DNA of 32,000 nt, from contig NZ_LN831024.1 in the NCBI RefSeq assembly GCF_001457615.1, forward strand, positions 5,430,001-5,462,000. Direction: 5' to 3'. Source of the DNA: Pseudomonas aeruginosa (GTDB lineage: Bacteria > Pseudomonadota > Gammaproteobacteria > Pseudomonadales > Pseudomonadaceae). Under the pieces are notes generated by a model, which was not told the origin of the DNA, searched no databases, and worked only from the letters and a program-made list of their open reading frames with translations. Shown in pieces: positions 31,820 to 32,000 of this stretch; the stretch's first letter is position 1, and each line of letters starts with the position of its first letter. Both the position numbers and the translations under genes were made by a program.

Positions 31820-32000
31820 TCAGAACCACTGGCCGAAGCGGCGGATGTAGAGGGTCTTCATGGTCTGCGCGGTGACGCAGTAGCAGAGCAGCGTGCCCAC
31901 CAGCCAGGGGAAGTACTCCCACGGCAGCGGCTGCAGGCCGACCATCGCCCCCAGCGGCGAGAACGGCACGTAGATGCCCAGCGCCATCACCAGCCCGGTC
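31820..32000 (-). CDS. mgtA: Magnesium-translocating P-type ATPase, C-terminal fragment (continues beyond window)
   Basis: TGLVMALGIYVPFSPLGAMVGLQPLPWEYFPWLVGTLLCYCVTAQTMKTLYIRRFGQWF*, typical MgtA/MgtB C-terminus. Confidence 0.8.
   Translation of the reverse strand, partial: TGLVMALGIYVPFSPLGAMVGLQPLPWEYFPWLVGTLLCYCVTAQTMKTLYIRRFGQWF

Overview
The window looks like a Pseudomonas aeruginosa-type chromosome segment (identification by protein recognition and gene order, not by a search). The first ~4.2 kb is the integrase-proximal end of a Pf1/Pf4-like filamentous prophage: pVI-like protein (partial), Zot/pI assembly ATPase, an unannotated small membrane ORF, replication initiator and tyrosine integrase. 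It abuts the 3' end of a minus-strand selenocysteine tRNA (selC, anticodon TCA, 8-bp acceptor stem). The rest looks like chromosomal core: methyltransferase, amino-acid permease, class III aminotransferase, divergent LuxR-type regulator, selB-selA, fdhE, fdnI-fdnH-fdnG, lipC, fadH2, small transporter, DUF1835 protein, YkgJ-like protein, a GtrA/GT2/ArnT-like glycosylation operon, DinF/MATE transporter, SLOG/DUF2493 protein, Na/Pi cotransporter, two hypotheticals and the C-terminus of mgtA. fdnG is split in the ORF track by an in-frame TGA that is very likely selenocysteine, followed by a bSECIS-like hairpin. The least explained signals are in the prophage: a Leu-rich hydrophobic reading frame nested inside zot, where codon-position composition switches to the alternative frame, and a 36-aa hydrophobic ORF between zot and rep. 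I see no CRISPR array and no convincing complete novel defence system.
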